Shown here one piece after another: positions 12,801 to 25,319 of a stretch of DNA of 64,000 bases. Origin of the DNA: Azolla caroliniana (taxonomy: Eukaryota > Plantae > Polypodiophyta). The stretch's first letter is position 1, and each line of letters starts with the position of its first letter. The stretch covers positions 5,146,001 to 5,210,000 of the forward strand of contig JBHGNT010000015.1 of NCBI GenBank assembly GCA_043228905.1, written 5' to 3'. Below the pieces are notes generated by a model, which saw only the letters and a program-made list of their open reading frames with translations, was not told where the DNA came from and did not search any database. The translations under genes and the position numbers were made by a program.

Positions 12801-15800
12801 ATCCTCGTAATGGAGTAATGAGATGTTTGCTAGGATGGGAACATGAATAATCAATGTGTGTTAGTGGTGTTCTGTCTAAAGGTTTTTCCTTATGAATATT
12901 TAGGTGATTGTTAAGCCTCTTTCTAGTTTGGGTAGGAGTAGTGTTTAAAATTGGGGCATGTACATCAATTTGTTTTGAATGTTTGGTTACTTGAGGCGAT
13001 AAGTTAGAGTTATCGGTTGAATGTGAAACTTGTGGGAGGGCCTCTAGAGGTGAGGACATTAGTGGAAAAGGGTTAATTGGCATATGGTCAATTGTGACTT
13101 GTTGAATTTCCGAGGACGTTGGCAGAGCCCGCCAAGAATTAGTAGGTGATACTATTACTTCTTTGTTGGATTCGGTGTTGGACATGGTAGTCCTGTCTTG
13201 TATCTTTTCATCTCCACGGTGTGGGTGAGGATTAGATATTAGTTTATCTTCATGAAATATCACTCTTCGACTAAATAGAAATCTTTTGGATTTTGGGTCA
13301 TATAATCGATAACCCTTATAGCCATGAGGTTCGCCATACCCAACGAATATTGTGCGAACCGCATGATTATCTAATTTTGATTGAGTGTCTAAAGGTACTA
13401 GTGCATATGATGGACATCCAAAGATACTTAGATTTTCATAATTTGGATTTTTTCCAAACCACAAGGAAAATGGAGTTGTTCTAATTGATCTACTATATAT
13501 TCTATTGAATATATAACAAGCGGTTGAAACAACCTCTTCCCAATATGTTCTGGGAAGGTTTGCAACGGCAAGCATGCAACGAGTGGCATCCATATACAAC
13601 CGGTTTCATCGTTCAACCCTTGAATTGTGTTGAGGTGTATAAGGAATGGTAAATCGTTGTTGAATGCCATGGTTTTGGCAATAATTTTGGAATTGTTCAG
13701 ACTTGAATTCTCCACCATTATCTGATTGGAGTACTTTAAGGGGTAGGTCTTGTTGATTTGTTACAAGTTTATGATAGGATTTAAATTTCTCAAGGACTTG
13801 ATCACTACGTTTTGTCCTTAGAAAGGTGACCATTGTGAGACACGTAAAGTCATTGATGAATGTTAGGAAATATACATTTCTAGATAGGGATGGGGTAGAC
13901 AAAGGGCCACATATATCTGTGTGTACTAATTGGAGGGGTTTAGTGGTGGTTGTTGGATGTGATGGAAATGGCGAGTTAGAGAGTTTTCCAAAGATACACC
14001 CTTCGCAAAGGGATAGTTTCGATTTACGAGGAAGAGTAAAACCAAGTGCGACATGTTGTCGGGCCATGTGAACCATTGTTTGATGGTTTAGGTGACCTAA
14101 TCGATAGTGCCATAGTAAGGTCGCATAGTTTGATGTGCTTGAATCATCTATGTGGTGTGCTTCTTTAGTAGGGACCACCGAGCGACCTAAAAGGTAAAGA
14201 CATCCTTGTCTCGGACAATTAACGACATAACCTCGGCCAGAGGGTGTCTTGTGATGAATGATATAGTATTTGTGGTAAAACTCGATCGACGTATTATCAT
14301 TTGTGAGTTTATTGACAGATATCAAGTTCTTTGCTATGTTAGGTATATAATAAACTTCATTGACTTCAATGAAGTTCCCATCAGAAAGTTCAAGATGGGC
14401 AGTCTGATGTCCAAGGGCATATTCAACCCCATTGTTCCCAAATCTCACTGGAAAAGGATGTTCTAAGGGCTTATAGTTTTTGAGCCATTCAACTATTGAG
14501 GTAAGGTGACATGTGGCACCTGTATCAAGAATCGACATTGAAGTGGAAGAGTTAATAAACGAAGTGAGGGCCATGAAGGCAATGAAGGAGTCTTCATTGT
14601 CCTCATTGGAATTTTGGTCACTATGACATATGTTATCATTTTGATCATAGTTATCATGTGATGCATTGTAAGATTGGTTTTCTTTATATGTTGTTTTCCC
14701 TTTGTTGTTAGAATGCCTATAACAATCTTTCGTTTAATGTCCACTCCTTTGACAATTTTTGCAAATGGATTTAAGGAACCTAGATTTGTTATGATCTCTT
14801 GAATCATTAAATTTGGAGGTTCGTGAATAAAATTTGGAGCTAGTAGGTTGGTATGTTTATCTAGGTTTATTGTAAGGTTTTGTATTGTATTTTGGATGTT
14901 TGATATAAAGTGCGGTGTGAGATGAGGAGGGTTGATTTATTGCCCTACGAAGTATGTTTTCTTGTGAGATTGATGCCACTAATGTTGACTGATTATGATT
15001 TTGTGCTTATAAATGGTTGCCATGATGGGGGTAGGGTGGCTAACAGGAGGGTGGATTGAACGGAACTTGGCAAAATAAGTCCTGAAAGGATCGCATCATC
15101 AAGGTGAAGTCTCCAATTTTTGACAAATGTCTCAACATCATCATTTTCATTCATATTCATATTTAGTAATGTTTTTACATTGGCAACTTGGGACGTAACG
15201 TCTGTATGGAGGTAGTCAGCCTCTAATCTATCCCATATTTGTTTGGAGGTAGTCAAGGTTCTCACACTTTGCTTAAGTGTGTCCTCCATATGAAGGAGAA
15301 GTTCTAAGCGAGCGTTTAGATCACGTCGCTTCCACGTTTGCACGTTGAGTGCATTTGTGGGGTCATGAATGTTAGGGCACACGTCAGTTCCATCGACGAT
15401 ATTTAACTAATTATATTGTTCTAATATAATTTCCATGGTCATACGCCATGGTTGATAGTTTTTATCATTCAATTTTTCAATGTGATAAGTGCAAGATTAT
15501 ACCTGGGCGGCATTTGCCGCCACATTCGCTATCGGTCCCGTGTTTGACATTGTCGAAAATCGTTTCTTTAATTGACACGTTCGTTATTGACACCACGAAA
15601 AAAGTTCTTGGTGGGGTTTGGCTCCTTCACTGCTCTGATACCATGTAGAAATTAAGAGATGGAAAGAGAGGGAGAGAGAGGGAGAGAAAGAAACTTTTAT
15701 TAATGGAGAATTGGTCTCTCTCTCTACAACCAACTGACCACAGAGAGAGAGATTGTCGTGGTTATAGGTGCACCCTATTTTTGGAGTGCACCTTTTCATA

Positions 15801-16025
15801 TCATTTAATATCCTTTGGTTGTGTCTATTTTTATATTTATTTATTGTAACTAATTAGTTTATTACAACAATGGTGATTAGCATCATCATGAGGAGGATGA
15901 CCCAAATCAGGGGAAAGAGGGAACAGATGGAGGGTTGCAGGATAACTACTAGTGTCGCAAGCTTCTATGAGTAATGCTACCTTTTCATCTATTTTCATCA
16001 TCCTCAGTATTCTTGCCTTCATCAT
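9893..16025 (-). pseudogene. B3 gene paralog split by a Copia insertion (pieces 15870-16025 and about 9893-10677)
   Basis: Near-identical protein fragments to the 4515-5429 gene; premature stop after YVLKGK at 10019; Copia inserted at 10678. Confidence 0.9.
10678..15869 (-). mobile_element. Full-length Ty1/Copia LTR retrotransposon with disrupted gag-pol
   Basis: LTRs 10678-10905 and 15644-15869 (TG...CA); TSD ATGGT at 10673-10677 and 15870-15874; tRNA-iMet PBS TGGTATCAGAGC at 15632-15643; PPT next to 10906; gag, protease (ILDTGAT), GAG-pre-integrase/integrase (WHYRLGH, VHTDICGP, SDNGGEF), RT and RNaseH ORF pieces. Confidence 0.97.
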
Positions 16026-16179
16026 ATCTGCGAATCAAAGAAAATTAGAGCCAAGAAACTATTGATTTCAGCTATAGCTGTTGCTTGGTCGGATTTGTTA
16101 ATTTTGTTTTGCCTGTGAATCAGAAGAATGAAATGAATGAGGCTATGAAGCTTTTCGTCCTGCATCTACGTTGCTGATA

Positions 16180-16479
16180 TTTTAGGGTTTGCCTTACGAC
16201 TTTGCAAGGAGTGCGGCTCGGTATACCACTAGAATATGGAGCATGTCCACTCGGTATACTGCCATGAGTTTTGTGGTTGTCTGGATGCTTCAAGCATTGC
16301 AAGTTAAGCGTGCTTGAGCCAGAACAGTACTGGGATGGGTGACCTCCCGGGAAGTCCTGGTTACTTCTACGATAGTAATGGGTTCGGGGGGACCCATTGC
16401 TATCAAGAGTGGACACGCTCCGTATTCGAGCGGTATACCGACCCGCACTCCTTGCAAAGCCGTAAGGCAAACCCTAAAA
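16180..16479. mobile_element. 300-bp foldback/MITE-like element with 73-bp terminal inverted repeats enclosing a 5S rRNA-derived segment
   Basis: Imperfect TIRs at 16180-16252 and 16407-16479 starting TTTTAGGGTTTGCCTTACG; no clear TSD. Confidence 0.8.
16301..16358 (+). promoter_or_regulatory. 5S rRNA-derived internal control region (A box, IE, C box); not a complete 5S gene
   Basis: AGTTAAGCGTGCTTG...AGTACTGGGATGGGTGACCTCCCGGGAAGTCCT matches the 3' half of plant 5S rRNA. Confidence 0.9.
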
Positions 16480-17843
16480 AGTCAATGGTGGATGGCCGTG
16501 TCATGACTTTCTCCACACTTGTTCTAGAGACTTGGGCAGATGCGTCGGAAAGCAAACGTGAGACCCAAGACATGGAAGGTTGCGGTGAGGAAATGAAGGC
16601 CAAAACTAACACTGACAAAGAAGAGAGAAGCATGATCGAAGCTTGTTCGATCAAGAGGATCAATGGGTACGAGGCTCATGAGATTGAAGAGATAGCCACG
16701 AAAAACAACATCGAGTCGGAGATGGCTATGAACGAGTCGATGGCGGATGGTCATGTGGAGACTTTCCTAACACTTCATCTAGAGACTTCGGTAGTTGCGT
16801 CCGAGAACCAACGTGAGACGAAAAGGAAGAGAAGGACCAAGCTAATACAACCAATGACGATGGCCACATTTTCTCCACACTTGTTCCAGAGACTTGGGCA
16901 ATTGTGTCCGAGAACCGATGTAAGACCCAAGAGACGGGAGGTGATGGCGAAGAACCGAAGGTCGAAACTAATACATGTGACGAAGAGAGAAGCATAATAA
17001 AGGATTTCTCAATAAAAAGGATCGATGGGTACAAGCCCCATGAGTTTGAAGGAATAGCTATGGAAAATGGCGTCAAGGCGAAGATGGTGGATGATCATGA
17101 AGAGACTTTCCCCACAAAGGTTCTTGAGACTTGGGCATTAACCAATGTAAGACCCAAGAGACAGAAGGTGGCGGCGAAGAAACAAAGGCCAAAGCCAATG
17201 CGGACAACCATAAGGTGGAAGCGGCTAAGGGTAGCACGACAAAGACAAACTATGAAAACCTATGGATCCCTCCACACTCGTTCGAGAGACTTGGGCATTA
17301 ACCGATGTAAGACCCAAGAGAAGGATGGTGGCGGCGAGGAAGCAAGGGTTGAAGCTAGTGCGTGCAACAAGGAAGTCATGGTCAACTCCAAAGTATATCA
17401 CGAAAGTAGAAAAAGTGAGAAGCATGAAATGTGTTCACTTAAGGACCTCGAGATGAGCATGCAGTTAAAGAATGAACGACTAAGAGTACTCAAAAATAGT
17501 ATTTCGATAAGGCCTTTGAAAGGCATCCATGGAACAAGAAAGGATGATAAAAGAAAGTTAGATGACCAAGGAGATGGCCGAGATGAAGGTGGCACATGCA
17601 TAAGGAGTGAAGCATTATGCTCTAGAGGAGCAAAGAGAGCCATGATAATCGGTCATGGAAATGCAAAGACTAAACGAAGAATATGGTGGATCCGATGGCA
17701 ATGGCGGTTCGGGTACATCGATGAAAAAGTAAAGTAATCAAAAGAGGAACCTCACTACAATTGGCACATACCGGTGGGTGTGTAGGTTTGGTGGGGGTGA
17801 ATGTTGTGTGGTTTTTCACACACGATATGAAAACCGCACGACA
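16480..17843 (+). mobile_element. Non-autonomous Gypsy-like internal region with degenerate tandem repeats, ending in a PPT and a 42-bp LTR stub
   Basis: Recurring gagacttgggca...gtaagacccaagaga blocks; GGTTTGGTGGGGGTGAA followed by TGTTGTGTGGTTTTTCACACACGATATGAAAA at 17802, the same LTR start as at 34379 and 27369. Confidence 0.65.
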
Positions 17844-18145
17844 ACGTCAATCTACCCACTCACTATTAGTGGTTCACTTTAACCTCATCCATGTTTAGCC
17901 CCTTCACGTTTCTGTTCATATCGATAGATCACACATCACACGCTCCAACCTCACCTACCTTCTCCTTCTTGTAATTAATTTAAGTACAACGGCTAGAGGG
18001 AAACCATGTGTGTCATGACGTAGAACCGTGCATGAATGGCCATGGGTTTCCGAAGCTATAGAATAACAAAGGAGGGAAACACCGCTGTGATGTCCATGTA
18101 CAACCAACAATCCTTGAGCACTGGCCGAGACGTGAATCCACGCGT
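17844..18145 (+). repeat. Orphan, diverged fragment of the snRNA-array spacer
   Basis: Colinear with array positions about 41311-41622 (acgtcaatctacccactcac...gtgaatccacgcgt). Confidence 0.92.
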
Positions 18146-18409
18146 TGTCGCAAAGTTTCGCGCGCTTGTGTTACTTGGGCGGGACCACGGGGGTCTTGGA
18201 CTAGGGAGTACTCAAGGGATAGAGAAGAACCCAGGTTTGCTTTATGAAAATACTACATCCCGACCCCTTCCCGAGCAAGGGCTCGTTGCCCTTTGTTTTG
18301 TAAGGCCGGTGGCTCTCGTTGATCACCGCACGAGCCATAGTGATCAAACGGGTACAAGCAAGATGAGCACGCAAGATGAACGCAGAAGGGGACGATAACA
18401 CAAACACGA

Positions 18410-19250
18410 ATGCCCGTACGTCTTTATGAGGAGGAGAGGTGCATGGGCAAGCCTGAACGCTCCCTCGTCACAAGACGACCGAACATACAAGGAAGTCACA
18501 AACACACGTACAAATGCTCGTACGTCTTTATGAGGAGGAGAGGTTCATGGGCACGCCCGAAACGCTCCCTCGTCACAAGACAACCGAACATACCAGGAAG
18601 ACACAAACACACACACAAAATGCTTGTACGCCTTTATGAGGAGGAGAGGTGCATGGGCAAGCCCGAACGCTCCCTCATAATGAGACGACTGAACGTAGAA
18701 GGAAGACACAAACACACACACAAAATGCTCGTACGGCTTTATGAGGAGGAGAGGTGCATGGGCAAGCCCGAAACGGTCCCTCGTCACAAGATGACCAAAA
18801 GTACAAGGAAGACACAAACACATTCACAAATGCTCGTACATCTTTATGAGGAGGAGATGTGCATGGGCACGCCCAAAACGCTCCCTCATCACAAGACGAT
18901 TGAACGTACAAGGAAGACACAAACACACGCACAAATGCTCGTACACGTTTATGAGGAGGAGAGGTGCATGGGCAAGCCCGAAACGGTCCCTCTTCACAAG
19001 ACGGCCGAGCGTACAAAGAAGAAAAAAACACACTCACAAAATGCTCATATGCCTTTATGAGGAGGAGAGGTCCATGGGCAAGCTCGAAACAGTCCGTCGT
19101 CATAAGACGGCCGAACGCACAAGGAAGACACAAACACACACACAAATGTTTGTACGTCTTTATGAGGAGGAGAGGTGCATGGGCACGCCCGAAACGCTCC
19201 CTCGTCACAAGACGGCTGAACCTACAAGGAAGACACGAACAAAGAAACAA
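18410..19250. repeat. About 105-bp tandem repeat (about 8 copies) inside the 3' LTR of element B
   Basis: tttatgaggaggagag recurs at 18423, 18527, 18633, 18738, 18843, 18948 and onward. Confidence 0.92.
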
Positions 19251-22200
19251 GGAAAGAAAGAAACACGAATAATATCGGCCAAAGAAATAAATACGGGTTT
19301 GATTCCAACGCACGAGAACCCTTTATAAAATAGGGTTTGATTACAATGGCAACTTATAGTTAACCACAAGCTCAATCAAAACATAAATACTAAATGCACT
19401 TAGATACAAGAGCAAATCCGAACACAGCGAAGATGAACACACGAGCACCACCAAAACGCCAATCCCAACGAACCACGACCACCCGAATGGCGAGCACATG
19501 GGCTCGCAACGACGAACCAACGAAGCTTGGGCTCATGAGCACTTGGAGTGCCGATGCGATGAAGACGAGCACGTGGCGATGGGGGGATGAAGGGGTATGA
19601 GATGAAGAGAAGTGGTGAATAAGAAGATGAAGAGCTCCGAAGGAAAAATGACGATAGTCTCCTCCTTCCAAAACGTCCTCCCCAAATGAGTCCCCTTCGA
19701 TCTCCTTTTATAGGAAAAAAAGAAGGGAGGTTCGCTAATTTTGTCTTCAATGAAAAAGGAATAAAATTCCTTAAATCACGTTGCATTGTAAGACTAGATT
19801 TGAACCATGCACCTCTAGCTAGAAGTCAATGTGACTATCCACTAACCCATTAACTCTCTCTTATATAATATATAATTCTATCTCTATAAATTCTTGCCTG
19901 TCTCCCCTCTACCTTTTATCTCTCCTCTCTCTTACTTTTTGCACGAGCTTCTATACATCCTTCCCACCTTTTCTTTTCCCTTTTATTTTGCATATGCACA
20001 ATTAATCGCCTTTGTGTGCACACACATTGCACATGCACATTTTGGCCCCCCCCCTTTCGCCGGTTTTTCCCACTCTCGAGCACGCCACATCATGACATCC
20101 ACCCCCACCAAACCGCACATTCTCTGGTATGTGCCAAGAATGGCGGGCTGAGAGTGGTCAATAGTTCATTTCCTCCTCCTCATTGACCCCGTGTCTTGTT
20201 GTTTGCTCGCCTTTATCTTCGTTAAGGTCATCGAGGTTTGGTTCAGCGAGATAGTGCCAACTTAGTCCCATCGAGTTCAGCGAGATGGTAGGTAGCATTC
20301 TCGTTTGCACTCATTACCATGTACGGCCCGAACCATTGCTTTGCGAATTTCCGCAACGAACTATTTTGATTGTCGAGACTGCTATCATACACACTCACAT
20401 AGTCTCCTTCTTCGAACTTCCGAGGGCGTAGTCGGTGTGTCTTGTCGAACCGGGCTTTGTTACTTAGCCTAGCCGCTTCTAACCTTTCCTTTGCCAACTC
20501 CAAGTGTTCGGGTCTTCTCTCAAGTTGCCTTATACTTGTTGCTAGAAGCTCTTCTCGACTCATCTCGTTTTCCCACGGCATCGCTACCCATGACGCGATC
20601 GTGTCTTCAATGGGCATCACCGACTTTTGTCCGTACATGAGTTCAACTGACATGAAATCTGTAACTGAGCTATGAGTTATTCTGTCGGCCCACAAGGCAT
20701 AAGGTAGTAACCGAGGCCAGTTCCCGACTGGCCCATCGCAAGCTCTTACAATGGCTTTTATGATAAGCCCGTGTCCGCGTTCTATCTTTCCATTAGCCTC
20801 CGGGTTATAAGCGGTCGTGAGAGATAGGTTCACTCCAAGTCGGTCAAAGAGCTCTGTAGCTTCGTCAGCGTTCAACCTGGTTTGTTAGATCTTCTCTTGC
20901 TAGCACCAAATATTTCATTTAGCCCACTCCCATTGGCATCGAAACCAAATCCACCATCCATTTGAAGTGGATGGTGAGTGGGTAGGTTGGGTGCAACTCG
21001 TCCCTATGACGTATGGTGGAGTGTATTTGGCAACTTTCACACGTCCCCATGAAATGGGCGACATCCGTGTACATTCCCGGCCACCAATACTTCTCCTTTA
21101 ACTTCTCAAATGTTGCCCACGTTCCTCTATGGCCTGCCCAAGGATTCTCGTGGAACTCAGACACCAATATTGTCTGGTCTTCTTCCTTTATGACCACTCA
21201 TTGTGGCGTCCCCGTCCTTCTCTTCGGGTGTCTCTAGAGGAATCCCCCTCATAGGAAGTTCTTGTACGCTTTCTTTCGGACTCTCTGTGGTTCCTGCTTC
21301 GACCATGAACTATCCACCGTCATTGAGCTTAAGAACTTGCCAATGTGTAGCCACTCCCCTTCGTATTCACTTTCGTTCAAGGCGTGGAGTACTCGCACAT
21401 CTCGATCATCTATAGATGCTTGGGCCGTCTTAAAGAAGTCAAGAGAGACATCATCATCTTTAGACACCATGTCACTTTCGCCCTCGATAGCAAATCTGCC
21501 ATGACATTGTTCTTCCTTGAAATGTGGTGAATCTCCAGGTTCATTGATTTGATGTAAGCAATCCACCTTAGCATAGCTAGGTCAGGTGTTGCACATCCTG
21601 AAACCATCCCTAGGATTGGAAGGCAATCCGTCTCTATTACCACCTCTGACCCGATTAGGTAATCTTTATCTGCCTTTACTGCGGACACAATACCCCAAAG
21701 CTCACGTTTTACTTGGGCGTATCCTCGTTGTCACTCGCTTAAGACCTTGGCTCCGAACTGGATGGCGTAGCATGTACCATCCTCTCCTTCTTGGTTTATG
21801 ACCCATGCGATCCTTGTTGGACTCGTATCTACCGTCACGTAGATGGGCACCCCTTCCTTGTATACGACTTTTCGTAAAGCTAGTGTTGCTACCAACATTC
21901 CTTTGAGCCTCTTCATTGCCTCTGTGTGCTCTTCCTCCCACTTGAACTTCCGCCCCTTCTTGAGTAGGCCATACAAGGGCTCGTCTAGGTGAGCATAGTG
22001 CGGGATCTAGATGTGGTAGAATGCACAAGTACCAAGAAATCGCCTCACCTCTGTTTGCGATTTACATTCTTCCCTCATGTCTATGATGGCATCCACCTTT
22101 GTCGGGGACGGCTTCCGTCCATACACCTTGCACAAGTGTCCCACCACAAGGATCTCCAGGTGGCCGAATGGCGATTTCTCACCCGAGAAGGTCAAGCATG

Positions 22201-23569
22201 CATCTTCGAGTCTTTGTAGAACGTTCTCGCAATCAGAGATGTGATATGCCACAAAATGTCTACACCCATCCTCATTGAAGGTTTCATCTTTCTCCACTTC
22301 GACGCACCCTTTTATGGGGATGTCATCGAGGAACGGCGTGGTGATGTCTCAATACCTTGTTCATTGCATTTACCATGTGGGCTACAGAGTTAGTGCCTCC
22401 TTGTGGCAAGGTACACATTCGCACTAGGCCGATAGGGGTTCGCATCGTCGTGATGTCCCTACTCTCCACAGCTAGTTGGAATTGATCATACCCCAAGTAT
22501 AGATCATCGATCAAATAAATAGACCTTCTAGCGAAGGCCTCGGCAAATTCGTCAACGCTCGGTCCGACCCCTGCATCTCGAATTATCACTTGATTAATAG
22601 GTTGTAGGTCCTGGATGAAGCGTAAGGTGTCGTTCTTCTTTGGCATAGTGAACCACCGATTCGAGTATGGGGCGCTTGATGGCTCGAGGATACCCATCTC
22701 GATCTTTTCCTTGAGTAGCTCAATCAACTTCGGGATGTGATCTCTCGGAACCGGGATTGGCTTGATGTTCCACGGTACATGCGGCACCATAAAGATCACC
22801 ATTGGCTCCACGATCTTAGGGTTTACACACCCTATCTCACCCGACGAGAAGGTGAAAGCCCTTCCGTGGCTTTTGATCATCCTTCTAAATCTTTCCTCCT
22901 CCCTAGGCAATAGGAAGCCACCCCCACCAATCTGGAGCTTTTGTCGCGTCTCGTCGGTGAATCGGTGCCCTATGCCTCATGGGTCTGACAAGCTAGGATC
23001 AACCGCTACCCCATTTATCCGATCCCAACTATCGTTAGGCAATGGGGCAGCAACATGCTTCACCTTCTTGTCCACGGTCTTGTACTTTGTTTGCACCTTG
23101 ACCGTCCTTGCTTTCTCAACCAACCGCCCAAGCTCTTCGATGGCGGTGTACATGTCAACTGAGTTGACTGGAATTACCTTGTCCTCATTGAGGCCCAAAA
23201 CGACTACCCTCTCCATCTCTGTAAGAGTGTCGTCGAACGAGACCGCCTCCATGGCGCCGCTTATGGTGTCATCTTCCCCCAATAAATTACATTGTTTGAG
23301 ATACCTTGGCCCTAGACTTATCTCTATCACTTAAACTAGTAATTTTAGAAGCTCCATTTTCGGAGAACCAAAATTTTTTCCTATTACATTTAATAGTTTT
23401 ACAAGGGTTTAGGGTCTTAATATTGTTTCATCTCCACAAATATATATTTTCAAAAACAAGACCAAATATAAGCTTTGGCATTTATCAAGATACTGCTAGC
23501 TCAGCCTTGTCACTAACACCTTTACCAGGTAGAAGACCACATCTAAAAACGAAAACAATGTCCAACCTA

Positions 23570-24570
23570 GTTGTCCACCCTAGCTGGTAGATTGAAAACT
23601 TCTTGTTCGCCTTCTACGAGTATCCAGCTTTGCAATGGTTCAATCCCACAAAGACCAACAACTTTGAAGGAGAGCAGGGCGACCATGTCACCAAATGAAC
23701 CACATAATAACACCTCCTCAGAAAACTTGTCTTTTACATTATATTCCCTATCCCCTGTCTTCCCAGTCATCTATATCAGGTCAGGATCTGTAAGAAGATT
23801 CACAATGCAAACCTAAACACTTGCAAACAAATCTGAACTGATTCCAACATTTCTAAATATTGTTGGGGAAAAATAAAACAGAAATAAAACACAACATTGA
23901 TTCCAGAGAGCTGTTGCAAAACAAACATGGCTGCTCCAATTGACCATTTCGGGCTCTTAGAACAGAACTCCTTCATGTTCGCCTTTTGTGTCACATGTAC
24001 TGAAGACCATACCCCACCTATAAACAACATCTACGAATATCGAGCTTTTTCGATGGTTCAATCACACAAAGACCAACATCTTTGAAGGAGAGGAGGCGAC
24101 AATTTCACCAAATGAGCCACATAATAACACCTCCTCAGAAAACTTGTCTTTCACATGATATTCCATGTCCTTTGTCTTCCCAATCATATATGTCAGGTCT
24201 GGATCCACAATCCCAACATAAGCACTTGCGAACAAAACAGAACTGATTCCAGCATTTCTGAATACTTTTGGGGAGAGATAAACAGAAATAAAACACAACA
24301 TTGATTCTAAACAGTTGTTGCAAAACAAACTTGGCTGCTCCAATTGACCATTTCGGACTCTTAGAACAGAACTCCATCCCAACTAAGAGCATTGCAGTAG
24401 GCAAGATGGATATCCAAAATCAATTCCTCCAACAACCAGGAACAGTTTCTACTAGAAGCCCAATTACCAGAGCACAAAATATTCCAATGCATGTAGCAAT
24501 CTGCACGAAGTATTCCAATGCATGTAGCAATCTGGCAAAGACTACCATTAGAGACTACCATACGTTCCAT
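23570..24570 (-). pseudogene. Duplicated, frameshifted fragments of an MFS sugar transporter (plastidic glucose transporter-like)
   Basis: GSLCQIATCIGIL, MEFCSKSPKW, FVLQQLSGINVVFYF, VFRNAGISS...AYVGI, LLCGSFG; the C-terminal part is present twice. Confidence 0.75.
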
Positions 24571-25319
24571 TCCTGTACCTACTCATAATATTCTGCTTCA
24601 GCCCCCACACCATCTTCTCTCATCCTTATCCCTCAAAACAATTTTGCTTCTTAAGTCCACATCAACCATCTCGCCGATTACCACCAAATTCCTGTATACA
24701 AAATAACAAAGTAATTTTAAAATGTTTCCTCATCCCCTCATATATTTGCTTCAACCCCCACACCATCATCACTCATCCTCTCATCATGACTAACTCTATA
24801 AAGACAATACCTACATGACAACAACTAGAAGACTATCCTGTTTGTTGCACTCCCTAAGATGAAACCTAAAATCTTCTTCACTCTGTGCCATGCCACCAAA
24901 TTCCATCAAGCATCATCCACAACAAACATCTCACCTTCTCGCTAATCGGCACCAAATTTTGGCTTGCCATCTCCTTGATTTCCTTCCATCAAGCATCATC
25001 CACAACAACCATCTCGCCTTCTCACTAATGGGCACTAGGTTTTAGCTTTCCATGTCCTTGATTCCCTCCCATCAAGCATCCTGCCATATAGACCGCAAAC
25101 AAATTAATGTAAAAATTTCCTCACCAACTCATGATAATATGCTTCTTCAACCCCCACACCATCTACACTCATCCTTATCGCTCATAAGAAATTGCTTCTT
25201 ACATCCACAACAACCATCTCGCCTTCTTGCTAATCGACACTAAGTTTTGCCTTGTCATGTCCTTGATTTCTACCAATATCAGTTATCCTGACAAAAATAT
25301 CAATAGTTATGTATATTAT

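Noticed and set aside
16301-16358. Functional 5S rRNA gene
   Set aside because: Only about 58 nt of the 3' half; the 5' half and T-terminator are missing
16480-16487. AGTCAATG as continuation of the B3 paralog flank, defining an empty site for the foldback element
   Set aside because: The same sequence starts the adjacent TE repeat unit (compare 16736), so the empty site and TSD cannot be fixed
18410-19250. CRISPR-like array or repeat protein
   Set aside because: No unique spacers; it is a tandem repeat inside an LTR and open in several frames
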